Origin: Rhodothermales bacterium
GTDB taxonomy: Bacteria; Bacteroidota; Rhodothermia; Rhodothermales; Bin80
DNA: 64,000 bases
NCBI GenBank assembly: GCA_965208025.1
Contig: OZ242302.1
Coordinates: 247,485 to 311,484, forward strand
Direction: 5' to 3'
How positions within the stretch are numbered: position 1 is the first letter of the stretch; each line of letters begins with the position of its first letter. Below the pieces are notes generated by a model that saw only the letters and a list, made by a program, of their open reading frames with translations, ran no database searches and had not been told where the DNA came from. Positions 31,016 to 39,662 of this stretch are shown here, one piece after another. The translations under genes were made by a program, and so were the position numbers.

Positions 31016-31023
31016 AATTTTCG
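31016..31023. repeat. Target-site duplication (right) of the ISL3 element: AATTTTCG
   Basis: See 29726-29733. Confidence 0.8.
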
Positions 31024-31064
31024 TTAAACACCAGTTGTTATAGGAGTTGCATGAACAGGGGATC

Positions 31065-31484
31065 ATGATAGAGTATACGAAATTCCAACAATCTCTGGAG
31101 CGTTTGCGGGAGCAGAACGAGAATTATCAAACCCCACATCCAGCTCGACCCAAGCTTGACCAAGAAGGAATAGCGGAATCAGTGATGCATCGTTTTGAAA
31201 CCTGTTATGATTGTCTATAGAAGGTATTAAAGCGATCTATGGCTGTGGAACTCGGACTAGTAAATTTACCGAACAGCCCAAAACCAATCTTCAGACTCGC
31301 ATTTGAGAATGATTTGATAGATGGTCCTGTTAGTCGCTGGCTAAATTACGCCAATGCACAAACGGATACTTCACATGATTATGATAGTGGGAAAGCTATG
31401 GACTGCCTTTTAATCATCCCTGAATTCATCAAAGATGCGAGCCGTCTTTCATCCACTATGACGGGGAGCACATGGACTCAGTAA
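31065..31484 (+). pseudogene. HI0074-type HEPN (nucleotidyltransferase substrate-binding) gene with an in-frame TAG at 31218-31220
   Basis: From ATG 31065: MIEYTKFQQSLERLREQNENY...AESVMHRFETCYDCL*KVLKRSMAVELGL.... The stop sits where paralogue 32286..32699 and the family have Trp (FGLSWNVLKDLL), so TGG became TAG. The Rx4H position reads QTDTSH instead of RNxxxH. Confidence 0.8.
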
Positions 31485-31792
31485 ATTCCGAGATCAATGT
31501 TGCTCCACAGGATCTGAAGATTCTACGGAAATTATTGGATAAGCATCTTCCTGGTACGGCGGTCTGGATTTACGGATCAAGAGTCAAGAGTATCTCTACA
31601 CCCAAATCAGATTTAGATGTTGTTGTTTTTTCTACCCCTAAACAGCGTCTACAAGTAAGTAATTTACGTGAAGAATTTGACGAAAGTGACCTCCCGTTTC
31701 AAATAGATCTGTTCGTATGGGATGATGTACCCGAGGCATTTAAGATGCGGATTAAATCAGAGGCTGTAATCTTGGTGGAGGGTAAGTCATGA
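31472..31792 (+). CDS. Minimal nucleotidyltransferase (MNT, HI0073-like)
   Basis: 106 aa. IYGSRVKSISTPKSDLDVVVF is the GS...(D/E)xD NTase signature. Overlaps the HEPN remnant by 13 nt. Confidence 0.8.
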   Translation: MDSVNSEINVAPQDLKILRKLLDKHLPGTAVWIYGSRVKSISTPKSDLDVVVFSTPKQRLQVSNLREEFDESDLPFQIDLFVWDDVPEAFKMRIKSEAVILVEGKS

Positions 31793-32285
31793 CCTCCGAT
31801 TCGTGAATAAAAATATAATGCTCATTCATATCTATCTTGATGAGGAAAGTGGAAGTATAACATCAAGTCAAGATCTGAAACTAGCTGTTTTATATGACTA
31901 TAGAGTACAGAATGATCGGGGGTTATAATGGGTTTTTTTGTGAAATAAATCTATACTCGTACAAAGGACTGTCTTCATCTCGAGAAGGTGATGGCGTGAA
32001 TTGAGTGACTGATGAATCATAGAGCGGAATATGGTTGACTCCCCTGAATGGTTCGCTGTGAATATACAATGATTCACAGTTGTTACTCTCGGCAATCTCA
32101 ATATTATTGATCGTGATTCTACGACCAAATTGAGTTGCATGAAGATGCTAAATAGATTGTCCACCGTATCACTCCAAAAGGAACAGCTCAGGGAACCTAT
32201 TGATTTGATTCGTAATATTGATATAGGTCCCGAAGAAATCATGGAAGTCTGGTTATATGGTTGAACAATCACATCCTCTTGAATC

Positions 32286-32699
32286 ATGAGTAATTCCAAC
32301 GAGTTGCGCTGGTTGCAGCGGCTGGATAATTTTGGAACTACCTTGACTCGCTTGGCGGAGGCCTGTGAGCGGGAGGAGTATAACCATTTGGAACGTGCGG
32401 GGTTAATCAAGACCTTTGAGTTTTGCTTTGGTCTATCGTGGAACGTACTTAAGGATTTGCTTGTCTATGGAGGATATGATGTTAAGGTACCCCGAGCCGT
32501 TATTCGCAAGAGTTTTGAAGTTGGTTATCTTGACGAGAGTGACTGCGAGGTGCTATTGGATGCCTTGGATAAACGGAATCTGTTGAATCATGTGTACCTG
32601 AATGAGGTTGCCAGAGAAGCAGAAACCCTCATAAAAGATCATTATTATCCAGTACTGAATCGAATCTACCAAAATCTGGACGCCAGACGGATCCCATGA
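32286..32699 (+). CDS. HI0074-type HEPN domain protein (nucleotidyltransferase substrate-binding family)
   Basis: 137 aa. WLQRLDNF start, LIKTFEFCFGLSWNVLKDLL, and an intact RNLLNHVY (Rx4H) motif. Confidence 0.85.
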   Translation: MSNSNELRWLQRLDNFGTTLTRLAEACEREEYNHLERAGLIKTFEFCFGLSWNVLKDLLVYGGYDVKVPRAVIRKSFEVGYLDESDCEVLLDALDKRNLLNHVYLNEVAREAETLIKDHYYPVLNRIYQNLDARRIP

Positions 32700-33052
32700 C
32701 CGTTGCACTAAAAAATCAACATCAAACTGCGATTATCTCAATACTTGCTGGGAATAAACATGTTGAGCGAGCAGTGTTGTTTGGATTCAGAGCAATGGGA
32801 ACGAATACGGTGACCTCTGATGTGGATATTGCTCTATTTGGAAAACGGTTGACCTTGACGGATCAAGCTCGTCTTGTAGCCGCAGTGGATCAAATTCCCA
32901 TGGCACAATCGGTTGATTTGATTTTATTTGATTTACTGCAAAATAAAGCGTTAAAAAATCATATTTTGACCAATGGAATTGAATGGTATCAGAGAGGTGA
33001 GTGTACAACTGAAAAGAATACACACCAATCCGCTTCGGATGGTCATGTATAG
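32696..33052 (+). CDS. Minimal nucleotidyltransferase (MNT) with atypical GF instead of GS motif
   Basis: 118 aa. AVLFGFRAMGTNTVTSDVDIALFG. The 4-nt ATGA overlap with the upstream HEPN gene indicates an operon. Confidence 0.75.
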   Translation: MTVALKNQHQTAIISILAGNKHVERAVLFGFRAMGTNTVTSDVDIALFGKRLTLTDQARLVAAVDQIPMAQSVDLILFDLLQNKALKNHILTNGIEWYQRGECTTEKNTHQSASDGHV

Positions 33053-33295
33053 ATGGGTTAGATCTCAGTCAGGATACATCTGAATGATAGCAAGGGGTTA
33101 AAATATGCTGAATTTCTGGAAACACGATTCGGTGGAAGAGAAATTGACTACTTTCGTCAGACCCTCTCAGGATAGCTACATCCCCAGTTCTTGGAAGTAG
33201 AATTGGCAAGAAAATTCGTTGTGAGAGATACTTATCTGAATAACAGTAGAACGATCCGTATAATTTGAATCTCAGAAATCTTCAAGAAGATAATC

Positions 33296-35044
33296 ATGTT
33301 TACTGGTGATCCAATCAAATTTTGGCAGGAGGTTGCATTGGGAGAGGATTCTGCTATGGAATTAAAGGCGGTAGAATTTCGCGGGGAAAAGGTTTCGGCA
33401 CCGCGCCGTGACTCACTATCGGACGAGATTGCAGCATTTGCCAATGCCCAAGGTGGTAGACTGGTCTTGGGGGTGACCGATGATAGAAATCCTCAGTCTT
33501 TGGAACCATCGAAACTTGATGTACTTGTAAAGTTTGTCCGAGAAATTTGTAGAGATAAAGTCAAACCCCCAATTGACTACAATGTCTTTCGCGTTCCCGT
33601 AGAATTCACCGAAGGGGGAGCACTTTTGGTGGAAATCCGCAAGAGTGCCAATGTACACCGCTCTGATGGAGGCTATTTTCGTCGTATCGGAGAGAGTAAA
33701 GTCCAGATGGATGCCGCCGAAGTGCAACAACTTGTACGAATGCGGGGGCAGATGGATGACTCATCCACTGACTCTCAAATCGTTCGTGAAACAGGAATTA
33801 AGAATCTCCAAGTTTCCCTATGGCGGAGGTATGTGAGTTCCAGAGTACAAGACTCACCAGAGGTGGCTTTGACAAAATTAAAGTTTGTCAAGAAAGATTC
33901 AGGTGATACATTTCGTGCGACCATAGGTGGACTGCTTCTTGCATCAAATGACGCACGCGAATGGTTGCCAAATGCCTGGATTCAAGCAGTGGCTTACCGA
34001 GGAAACCGCTTGGATGGGAACAATCAAATTGATTCTCGTGATATTTTCGGGCCTCTTGATCAGCAGATCAGGGAGGCGATACACTTTGTAGTTGCGAATA
34101 TGCGTGTGGCTGCCTACAAGAATCCTGGACGAGTTGAAGTGCCGCAGTTTGGAATCCGGGCAGTTTTTGAGGCAGTCGTAAACGCGGTTGTTCACCGTGA
34201 CTATGCCGTTCGTGGATCAAGGATCAGGCTTTTCATATTTGAAGATCGGCTTGAATTGTATTCACTAGGTGGACTGTCCAACTCAATGACGACAGAAGAT
34301 CTGCGTATTAGCCAGTTCACTCGCAATGAATTAATTGCTTCGCGGTTGGGGCAATGTCATGTGGGGGATATACCAGGAGCTGGTGGACGTCAATTTTTTA
34401 TGGAGCGTCGTGGTGAAGGAATTGCCATCATTGAAGATGAGACCTATGCGTTGACTGGACAGAGACCATCGTTTCAATTGATTGGTGGACGAGAACTCAA
34501 GGTTGTTCTGCCTTCTGCCCGTCTTCCTTTACCCGATGGAGTCCCAGTTTCCGTCATTGTATCCCATAGAGACACTGGCTTACCGTTGCCTGACATCCAT
34601 GTATTGATTCTCAATCCCGACAATACGTTTAGCCAAGCGAAGACGAATGCATCTGGGCACGTTGAATTCTTGATCCATACCCGACTCCCGATTACGGTTT
34701 TTTGTGCTTTAGAGGGATTTAAGGCTCATGTGGAGCGATTCTATCTGCCTGATCAACCGCTGAAGATCTCCATGCAACCTGTATTGAATGGAGGATCACA
34801 GATAATTGCCGATAGTATAGGAAATCTTTCAGGTATCCAGGGAGGCTTGAAGATAGAATTAGACTCCCTGGATCGAACCTACCTCTACGCATTTGATGCC
34901 ATGATCAACGAAGGTGAGTCTCAGCCTGTCCTGTTTGCAATGGATGAATCAATTCAACTAACAGATACGTTTGGTGCGAATGCGATCCTCTGGTTTCGTG
35001 AAATGATCGGAACCTGCTGCGTCTTTGATTATCAATACCCATAA
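33296..35044 (+). CDS. AlbA_2 (Schlafen-like divergent-AAA) + RecG-C-terminal-like ATPase-fold protein with an uncharacterised ~170-aa C-terminal extension
   Basis: 582 aa. N-terminus EDSAMELKAVEF...DEIAAFANAQGGRLVLGVTDD is the AlbA_2 signature. The middle, FEAVVNAVVHRDYAVRGSRIRLFIFEDRLELYSLGGL, is typical of the HATPase_c_4-type region. The C-terminus (VSVIVSHRDTGLPLPDIHVLILNPDNTFSQAKTNASGHVEF) looks like a small beta-sandwich rather than the usual wHTH. Confidence 0.7.
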   Translation: MFTGDPIKFWQEVALGEDSAMELKAVEFRGEKVSAPRRDSLSDEIAAFANAQGGRLVLGVTDDRNPQSLEPSKLDVLVKFVREICRDKVKPPIDYNVFRVPVEFTEGGALLVEIRKSANVHRSDGGYFRRIGESKVQMDAAEVQQLVRMRGQMDDSSTDSQIVRETGIKNLQVSLWRRYVSSRVQDSPEVALTKLKFVKKDSGDTFRATIGGLLLASNDAREWLPNAWIQAVAYRGNRLDGNNQIDSRDIFGPLDQQIREAIHFVVANMRVAAYKNPGRVEVPQFGIRAVFEAVVNAVVHRDYAVRGSRIRLFIFEDRLELYSLGGLSNSMTTEDLRISQFTRNELIASRLGQCHVGDIPGAGGRQFFMERRGEGIAIIEDETYALTGQRPSFQLIGGRELKVVLPSARLPLPDGVPVSVIVSHRDTGLPLPDIHVLILNPDNTFSQAKTNASGHVEFLIHTRLPITVFCALEGFKAHVERFYLPDQPLKISMQPVLNGGSQIIADSIGNLSGIQGGLKIELDSLDRTYLYAFDAMINEGESQPVLFAMDESIQLTDTFGANAILWFREMIGTCCVFDYQYP

Positions 35045-35075
35045 CCGTGCATTACTCGGCTAAATTGTTCATCCT

Positions 35076-36527
35076 ATGAAAGAATCCAAGATTGAATCAC
35101 AGGTTCTCTACTGGTTGAAAACGATTGGTTGGGAAACTGCTCACGGGGCAGAATTCCTTCCGTCAAAATTTGGAGAGGTGCGGCAACAGTTCAGTCAAGT
35201 GACTCTTCAAAATAAATTTACGGATGCCATAAGTACCATCAACCCTCTTCCCATCTCTGCATTGATCTCTGTATTTCAAGAGATTGTGCACTCCTTATCC
35301 GGGAAAACTCCCGAGCGTCGCAATCGCTATTTTCACCAGTTACTTGTGCATGGTATTGAATCCTCATTCTCTGATGATAATCAACGGCTGGTGGATTGCA
35401 TGGCAAACATCATCGATTTTAATGACTCTCAGAAGAACGAATGGCTTGCAGTTCATCAATTTCCAGTCCGAAATCCCCGCAGACATAAGCCAGATATCAT
35501 TCTCTTCGTCAATGGGTTACCTTTGGTCGTCATCAAACTTGTAGATCCAGATGACCCAAAGGCTACGATATGGTCCGCCTTTCAACAGCTGCAGACATAC
35601 AGGACTGATATTCCACCATTATTTGACTACATTGAACTGATGGTGATTTCGGATGGCACAGAAGCCCGCATTGGAACACTTACCGATCAAAAAGAGTGGT
35701 TCAAACCATGGAGTACGATTGGGGACCAGAGTGTGGATGCTTCGCAAAAATCAGGCTTGCAGGCGATTTTGGAAGCCATCTTTGATCCCATTAATTTCCT
35801 GACCTTGCTTCGAGATTTTATTGTATTTGAATACTCTGACAACGAAGCTCCTACGAAAAAAATGGCTTCGGATCATCAGTTCTATGCTGTAAAGGCGGCT
35901 ATTGAGGAAACGCTTCGTGTTGCACAAATACAATCAGAACAAACCCTGTCAGATCCGAAAGGCATGCCTATCAGACATGATGATCATCAGGGAGATCACA
36001 AGATTGGGGTTTTCTGGCATTCACAAGAATCCGACAAGAGTCTGACCATGGCCTTCTACGTGGGACGTCTATCAAGAGAGTACTCAGGAAAGAAACCAAC
36101 CATTGTGATCTTGACAGAGGAAGAAGAACAAAACCATCAACTCTTTACCAAGTTTTCAAATTGTAGAGATCTCTATACTAAACCACCAATTCAAGTCAAA
36201 ACCTGGAAGGCTTTTCGTAGGAAGTTGTCTGCCAAATCAGGGGGAATCCTATTCATCACGATAGAGAAATTCTTCCCCAGCGGGAAAAGTGATGAAAATC
36301 CGCTTCTTTCAGATCGGCATAACATTGTTGTAATTGCCTACGAACTATGCAGAACCCAATATGATTTCATTGACGGATACGCAGTGGATATGCGTCAAGC
36401 ATTACCGAATGCTTCCTTCGTTGGTTTTACAGGCATGCCCGCTGAGCAAAATGATTCCAATACTCGTTCGGTATTCGGAGATCATATCTGCACTTACGAC
36501 ATCCAATCCTCCGAAGCGATGGATTAA
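35076..36527 (+). CDS. HsdR-like protein, truncated after RecA1 and with every catalytic motif substituted (possible pseudogene or non-catalytic derivative)
   Basis: 483-aa uninterrupted ORF with strong HsdR-family similarity (ATIWSAFQQLQTY, EARIGTLT, EWFKPW, KKMA.DHQFYAV, SLTMAFY, QYDFIDG, ALPNASFVGFTG, VFGD.I.TYDIQ). The expected motifs are changed: VIELK reads VIKLV, GSGKS reads ESDKS, TDRNDLDDQL reads TEEEEQNHQL, DEAH reads YELC, GTP reads GMP. It ends right after YDIQ, so no RecA2 or C-terminal domains. No hsdM or hsdS in the window. Confidence 0.8.
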   Translation: MKESKIESQVLYWLKTIGWETAHGAEFLPSKFGEVRQQFSQVTLQNKFTDAISTINPLPISALISVFQEIVHSLSGKTPERRNRYFHQLLVHGIESSFSDDNQRLVDCMANIIDFNDSQKNEWLAVHQFPVRNPRRHKPDIILFVNGLPLVVIKLVDPDDPKATIWSAFQQLQTYRTDIPPLFDYIELMVISDGTEARIGTLTDQKEWFKPWSTIGDQSVDASQKSGLQAILEAIFDPINFLTLLRDFIVFEYSDNEAPTKKMASDHQFYAVKAAIEETLRVAQIQSEQTLSDPKGMPIRHDDHQGDHKIGVFWHSQESDKSLTMAFYVGRLSREYSGKKPTIVILTEEEEQNHQLFTKFSNCRDLYTKPPIQVKTWKAFRRKLSAKSGGILFITIEKFFPSGKSDENPLLSDRHNIVVIAYELCRTQYDFIDGYAVDMRQALPNASFVGFTGMPAEQNDSNTRSVFGDHICTYDIQSSEAMD

Positions 36528-36613
36528 TTTCCCATGAACGGATTGGTCATCATAGAGATAACATCGTGACAACCTATTCTTTGAGGATCCTGTATCCGCC
36601 TCCGATCCATTAT

Positions 36614-36624
36614 GATCAAGCCTG
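36614..36624 (+). repeat. Right copy of 11-bp direct repeat GATCAAGCCTG
   Basis: See 29682-29692. Confidence 0.4.
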
Positions 36625-36685
36625 CGCTAGCGTTTTGGAAGGAAAGGAGATGATCTCATTCATCCAGTGCAGAAAGTTTAGGCAA

Positions 36686-37999
36686 CTAAAAATTTATTTG
36701 GATCCCAAGTGTAGGTTCAAATCTTCTTTGCACTAGGTAATGTAGGCCAGATCCAACAGGTTCAAACGTATATCTTGCCTCTGCCTGAAGAAAAATGGAA
36801 CTCTGGACTCGAATCACCGTCGCAAATAATAGTGCACTCTGTTCAGAGAAATCAGTGAATATATCGGTAAGGATCCGCTCACCTAAGCGATCCACACCAA
36901 TTTCAAGGTGATCAAAGGCGCCGCTCCTCATGAAAAGACGAAAATAAAACTCACTTAACGGTTGGGAGCCAAAGTGTCTTCTCCAGCTGCTCGCAATCCA
37001 GAATGACTGCCCAATCTGAAGTTCAAATTCGGTTAACAGATCATTCACACCACTCGCCTCCCTCAACGTTAAGCCAGTGAAATCCTTTGGTTCAATACGG
37101 TCCAGATCTGAGTCGCCACGAACAATCCGGTTCCTGTGGTTACTCACGCTAAATAATGACCCAATATAGCCTGGTATGAAATGACGACTACTATAGAATG
37201 CCCCAACTCTGAGTCTAAAATTCATGATGTCCAAAAAGTCAGTGCCACGCACATCTGCGCCAAAAGCTAATCCATCCCCAAATTTCGTGTACCATGCATA
37301 ACTGGCATAAGGAGCAAACGCGATTCGAGCTGTCTCAAAAAGCTCACTCTCAAAGTCAATACTCCAAGCTGTCAGTTCAGTGGGGGAATGGTTGACATAA
37401 TTGGCTCCAAGTCTGCTGGTATAAGGGAGATCCAGACTAACTCTACCACCAACTAAGTTGTCCAATAGTACATCAGCGGTAAATCCGCTAAAATGGAACG
37501 CTCCCCGAGTCCAAGCCAGTTCAAGTCCTACGGTTCGCGCATCCCAAGAGGTAGAAGAGCGATAATGATTCACTACATGTCCGATTCCAAGGCGCAAATC
37601 TTGAATGGGCCCAACACGTACATACAAATGATCGGTTTGAACTCGGGCAAATTGAATTAAACGCAATAGATCATAGGCTTCGTCCCAGTCTGGATTGTAC
37701 CGTCCAAGCGGCCCCTGTCTCATATCTCCCCTCAGTTTTACTCCAAATGGATAACTAGCAATCTCAAGGTTCAGTAGTGCGACTCCCCGCCATTGCGCGC
37801 CAATCAGGGAAAATCCTGCCATCCCACTAATCTGTCTATGGGTCTGCCACCGCTGCTTGATAAGCATTTCGGAAAGACGGTTCATGGATCCAAAACCACT
37901 CTGTGCCGCAGATTCAGTGAATCCGATCCCCGGAAAAAAAAGACTCAGAATAAGAAACCTAAACATAATTGAATTGAACAATGAGGAACGACGAAACAC
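36686..37999 (-). CDS. Hypothetical outer-membrane beta-barrel protein
   Basis: 437 aa. Signal peptide (FRFLILSLFFPGIGFTESAAQ), alternating beta-strand pattern, C-terminal ...LGIQINF. Confidence 0.55.
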   Translation of the reverse strand: MFRRSSLFNSIMFRFLILSLFFPGIGFTESAAQSGFGSMNRLSEMLIKQRWQTHRQISGMAGFSLIGAQWRGVALLNLEIASYPFGVKLRGDMRQGPLGRYNPDWDEAYDLLRLIQFARVQTDHLYVRVGPIQDLRLGIGHVVNHYRSSTSWDARTVGLELAWTRGAFHFSGFTADVLLDNLVGGRVSLDLPYTSRLGANYVNHSPTELTAWSIDFESELFETARIAFAPYASYAWYTKFGDGLAFGADVRGTDFLDIMNFRLRVGAFYSSRHFIPGYIGSLFSVSNHRNRIVRGDSDLDRIEPKDFTGLTLREASGVNDLLTEFELQIGQSFWIASSWRRHFGSQPLSEFYFRLFMRSGAFDHLEIGVDRLGERILTDIFTDFSEQSALLFATVIRVQSSIFLQAEARYTFEPVGSGLHYLVQRRFEPTLGIQINF

Positions 38000-38027
38000 A
38001 GATGCTGTACTTTCATACTAACCCACG

Positions 38028-38672
38028 ATGAGCGAGAATTTTCCAAATAAGCTTGGACTCTTTCTTCTGGAGACAGTACTGTATCCTGGTGAGCAGAAAA
38101 ACTTGCATGTCTTTGAGCCACGATACAAAGAAATGATTGCAACCTGCCTTGCCGACCAGATTCCATTTGTGATTGTTCGTGGGAATGAAAGGCACATGCG
38201 AGAAATTGGATGTGTTGCTCATGTTGAACGAGTACTTGCTCAGTACGCAGATGGCCGTGTAGATATTGCTGTTGAAGGGGTTCAGCGGGTTCAAATTATT
38301 CGAATTGATAGATCCAGATTATATCAAAGGGGAGTCCTAGAAGAGTACAGTGATACGACTGAGTCAGTGTCAATTTTCGCTCGTGAAGAATTGATTACGA
38401 AGCACATCAAACTTTTAGAAGTTGCTGGTCGAACCGTAGACCCTCAGTACTATAACTCTGATCATTGCGTTTCATGGTTAATCGGACGCAACTGTGGACT
38501 CTCACTGGATCAACGACAAAACCTATTAGAGATACAAAGTGAATGTGAACGCATTGAGTTCCTTGTAGATTATCTCTCCGAATTAATCCCTAAAGTTGTT
38601 GAAAAATGGGGAATTCGTTCCCGGATTATGTCAAATGGACACTTTAAGGACTTTCCGAACGAGGGAGACTAG
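38028..38672 (+). CDS. LON substrate-binding (Lon N-terminal) domain protein
   Basis: 214 aa. LGLFLLETVLYPGEQKNLHVFEPRYKEMI matches the LON-N domain start. No AAA+ or protease domain. Confidence 0.75.
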   Translation: MSENFPNKLGLFLLETVLYPGEQKNLHVFEPRYKEMIATCLADQIPFVIVRGNERHMREIGCVAHVERVLAQYADGRVDIAVEGVQRVQIIRIDRSRLYQRGVLEEYSDTTESVSIFAREELITKHIKLLEVAGRTVDPQYYNSDHCVSWLIGRNCGLSLDQRQNLLEIQSECERIEFLVDYLSELIPKVVEKWGIRSRIMSNGHFKDFPNEGD

Positions 38673-38677
38673 TCGGC

Positions 38678-39529
38678 ATGCCAAGGATTGGTCCATATTC
38701 CCTATACGAGATTGAGTGCGGTCGGTTTAGGTTGGACGGAGGCGCAATGTTTGGGATCATCCCGCGCGTCCTGTGGGCTAAACGTATGGTGCCTGATGAC
38801 AGGAATCGTATTCATTTGTATATGAGATCTCTACTTTTGGTGGGGGATGGGCGCGTCATCCTGATTGATACAGGAGCTGGAAACAAGTATTCGAAGCGTT
38901 TTCAAAATATCTATGCGTTGAGCGAAAGTACAATTGATTCTTCCCTTGGCAATGCTGGATATTGTGCTGACGATATTACCGATGTGATTCTGACGCATCT
39001 ACACTTTGATCACGCAGGCGGAAGTACAGAGTACAGAGATTCAGCAATTGTCCCGAAATTCAAAAATGCGACTTATCATCTCCAATACGATCATCTTGAA
39101 TCTGCCCGACATCCAAATATCCGAGAGAGAGCTTCATTTTTCTCTGATAATTTTGAACCCCTTGCAACCACAGGGCAGTTAATCACTCATGGGGAAGGGG
39201 CAAAAATTTTTCCAGGCATAGAACTCTTGGTGGTACATGGACATACAACGTCACAGCAACTGGTAAAAATTAGCGGAAAAGAGGGAACCCTGGTATTCTG
39301 CGCTGACTTGCTCCCCACCATCCATCATCTGCGAGGTCCGTGGGTCATGGCCTATGATATCAGACCGTTGGTGACTGTCGAAGAAAAAGATCATTTTCTT
39401 CGCGAAGCGCTTAAACATCAATGGCAGCTATTTTTTGAACATGATCCCGATGTTTCCGTTGCCAGCGTGTGTGAAACGCCGAAAGGAATTTCTACCTGCT
39501 CCCATAGATCATTGAATGAACTGATTTAG
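38678..39529 (+). CDS. MBL-fold metallo-hydrolase
   Basis: 283 aa. ILIDTGAG and LTHLHFDHAGG (HxHxDH) motifs, with a later HGHT. Confidence 0.85.
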   Translation: MPRIGPYSLYEIECGRFRLDGGAMFGIIPRVLWAKRMVPDDRNRIHLYMRSLLLVGDGRVILIDTGAGNKYSKRFQNIYALSESTIDSSLGNAGYCADDITDVILTHLHFDHAGGSTEYRDSAIVPKFKNATYHLQYDHLESARHPNIRERASFFSDNFEPLATTGQLITHGEGAKIFPGIELLVVHGHTTSQQLVKISGKEGTLVFCADLLPTIHHLRGPWVMAYDIRPLVTVEEKDHFLREALKHQWQLFFEHDPDVSVASVCETPKGISTCSHRSLNELI

Positions 39530-39662
39530 TTCTGGAACCCAATCAGAATCTATGGGTATACATGTTAAAATTAATCCATTATTCGATTGCCTAAACGTTA
39601 CTTTGTGTGCATTGAGTGCGATAATTAAGTCGCATCCATCCAACACCTAATTAAGTGCGCTC

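Noticed and set aside
31898-32410. 170-aa minus-strand ORF between the two HEPN/MNT modules.
   Set aside because: It overlaps the 5' end of the well-supported HEPN gene at 32286, and its Ser/Ile-rich sequence has no motifs. The underlying 31.8-32.3 kb region looks like decayed DNA.
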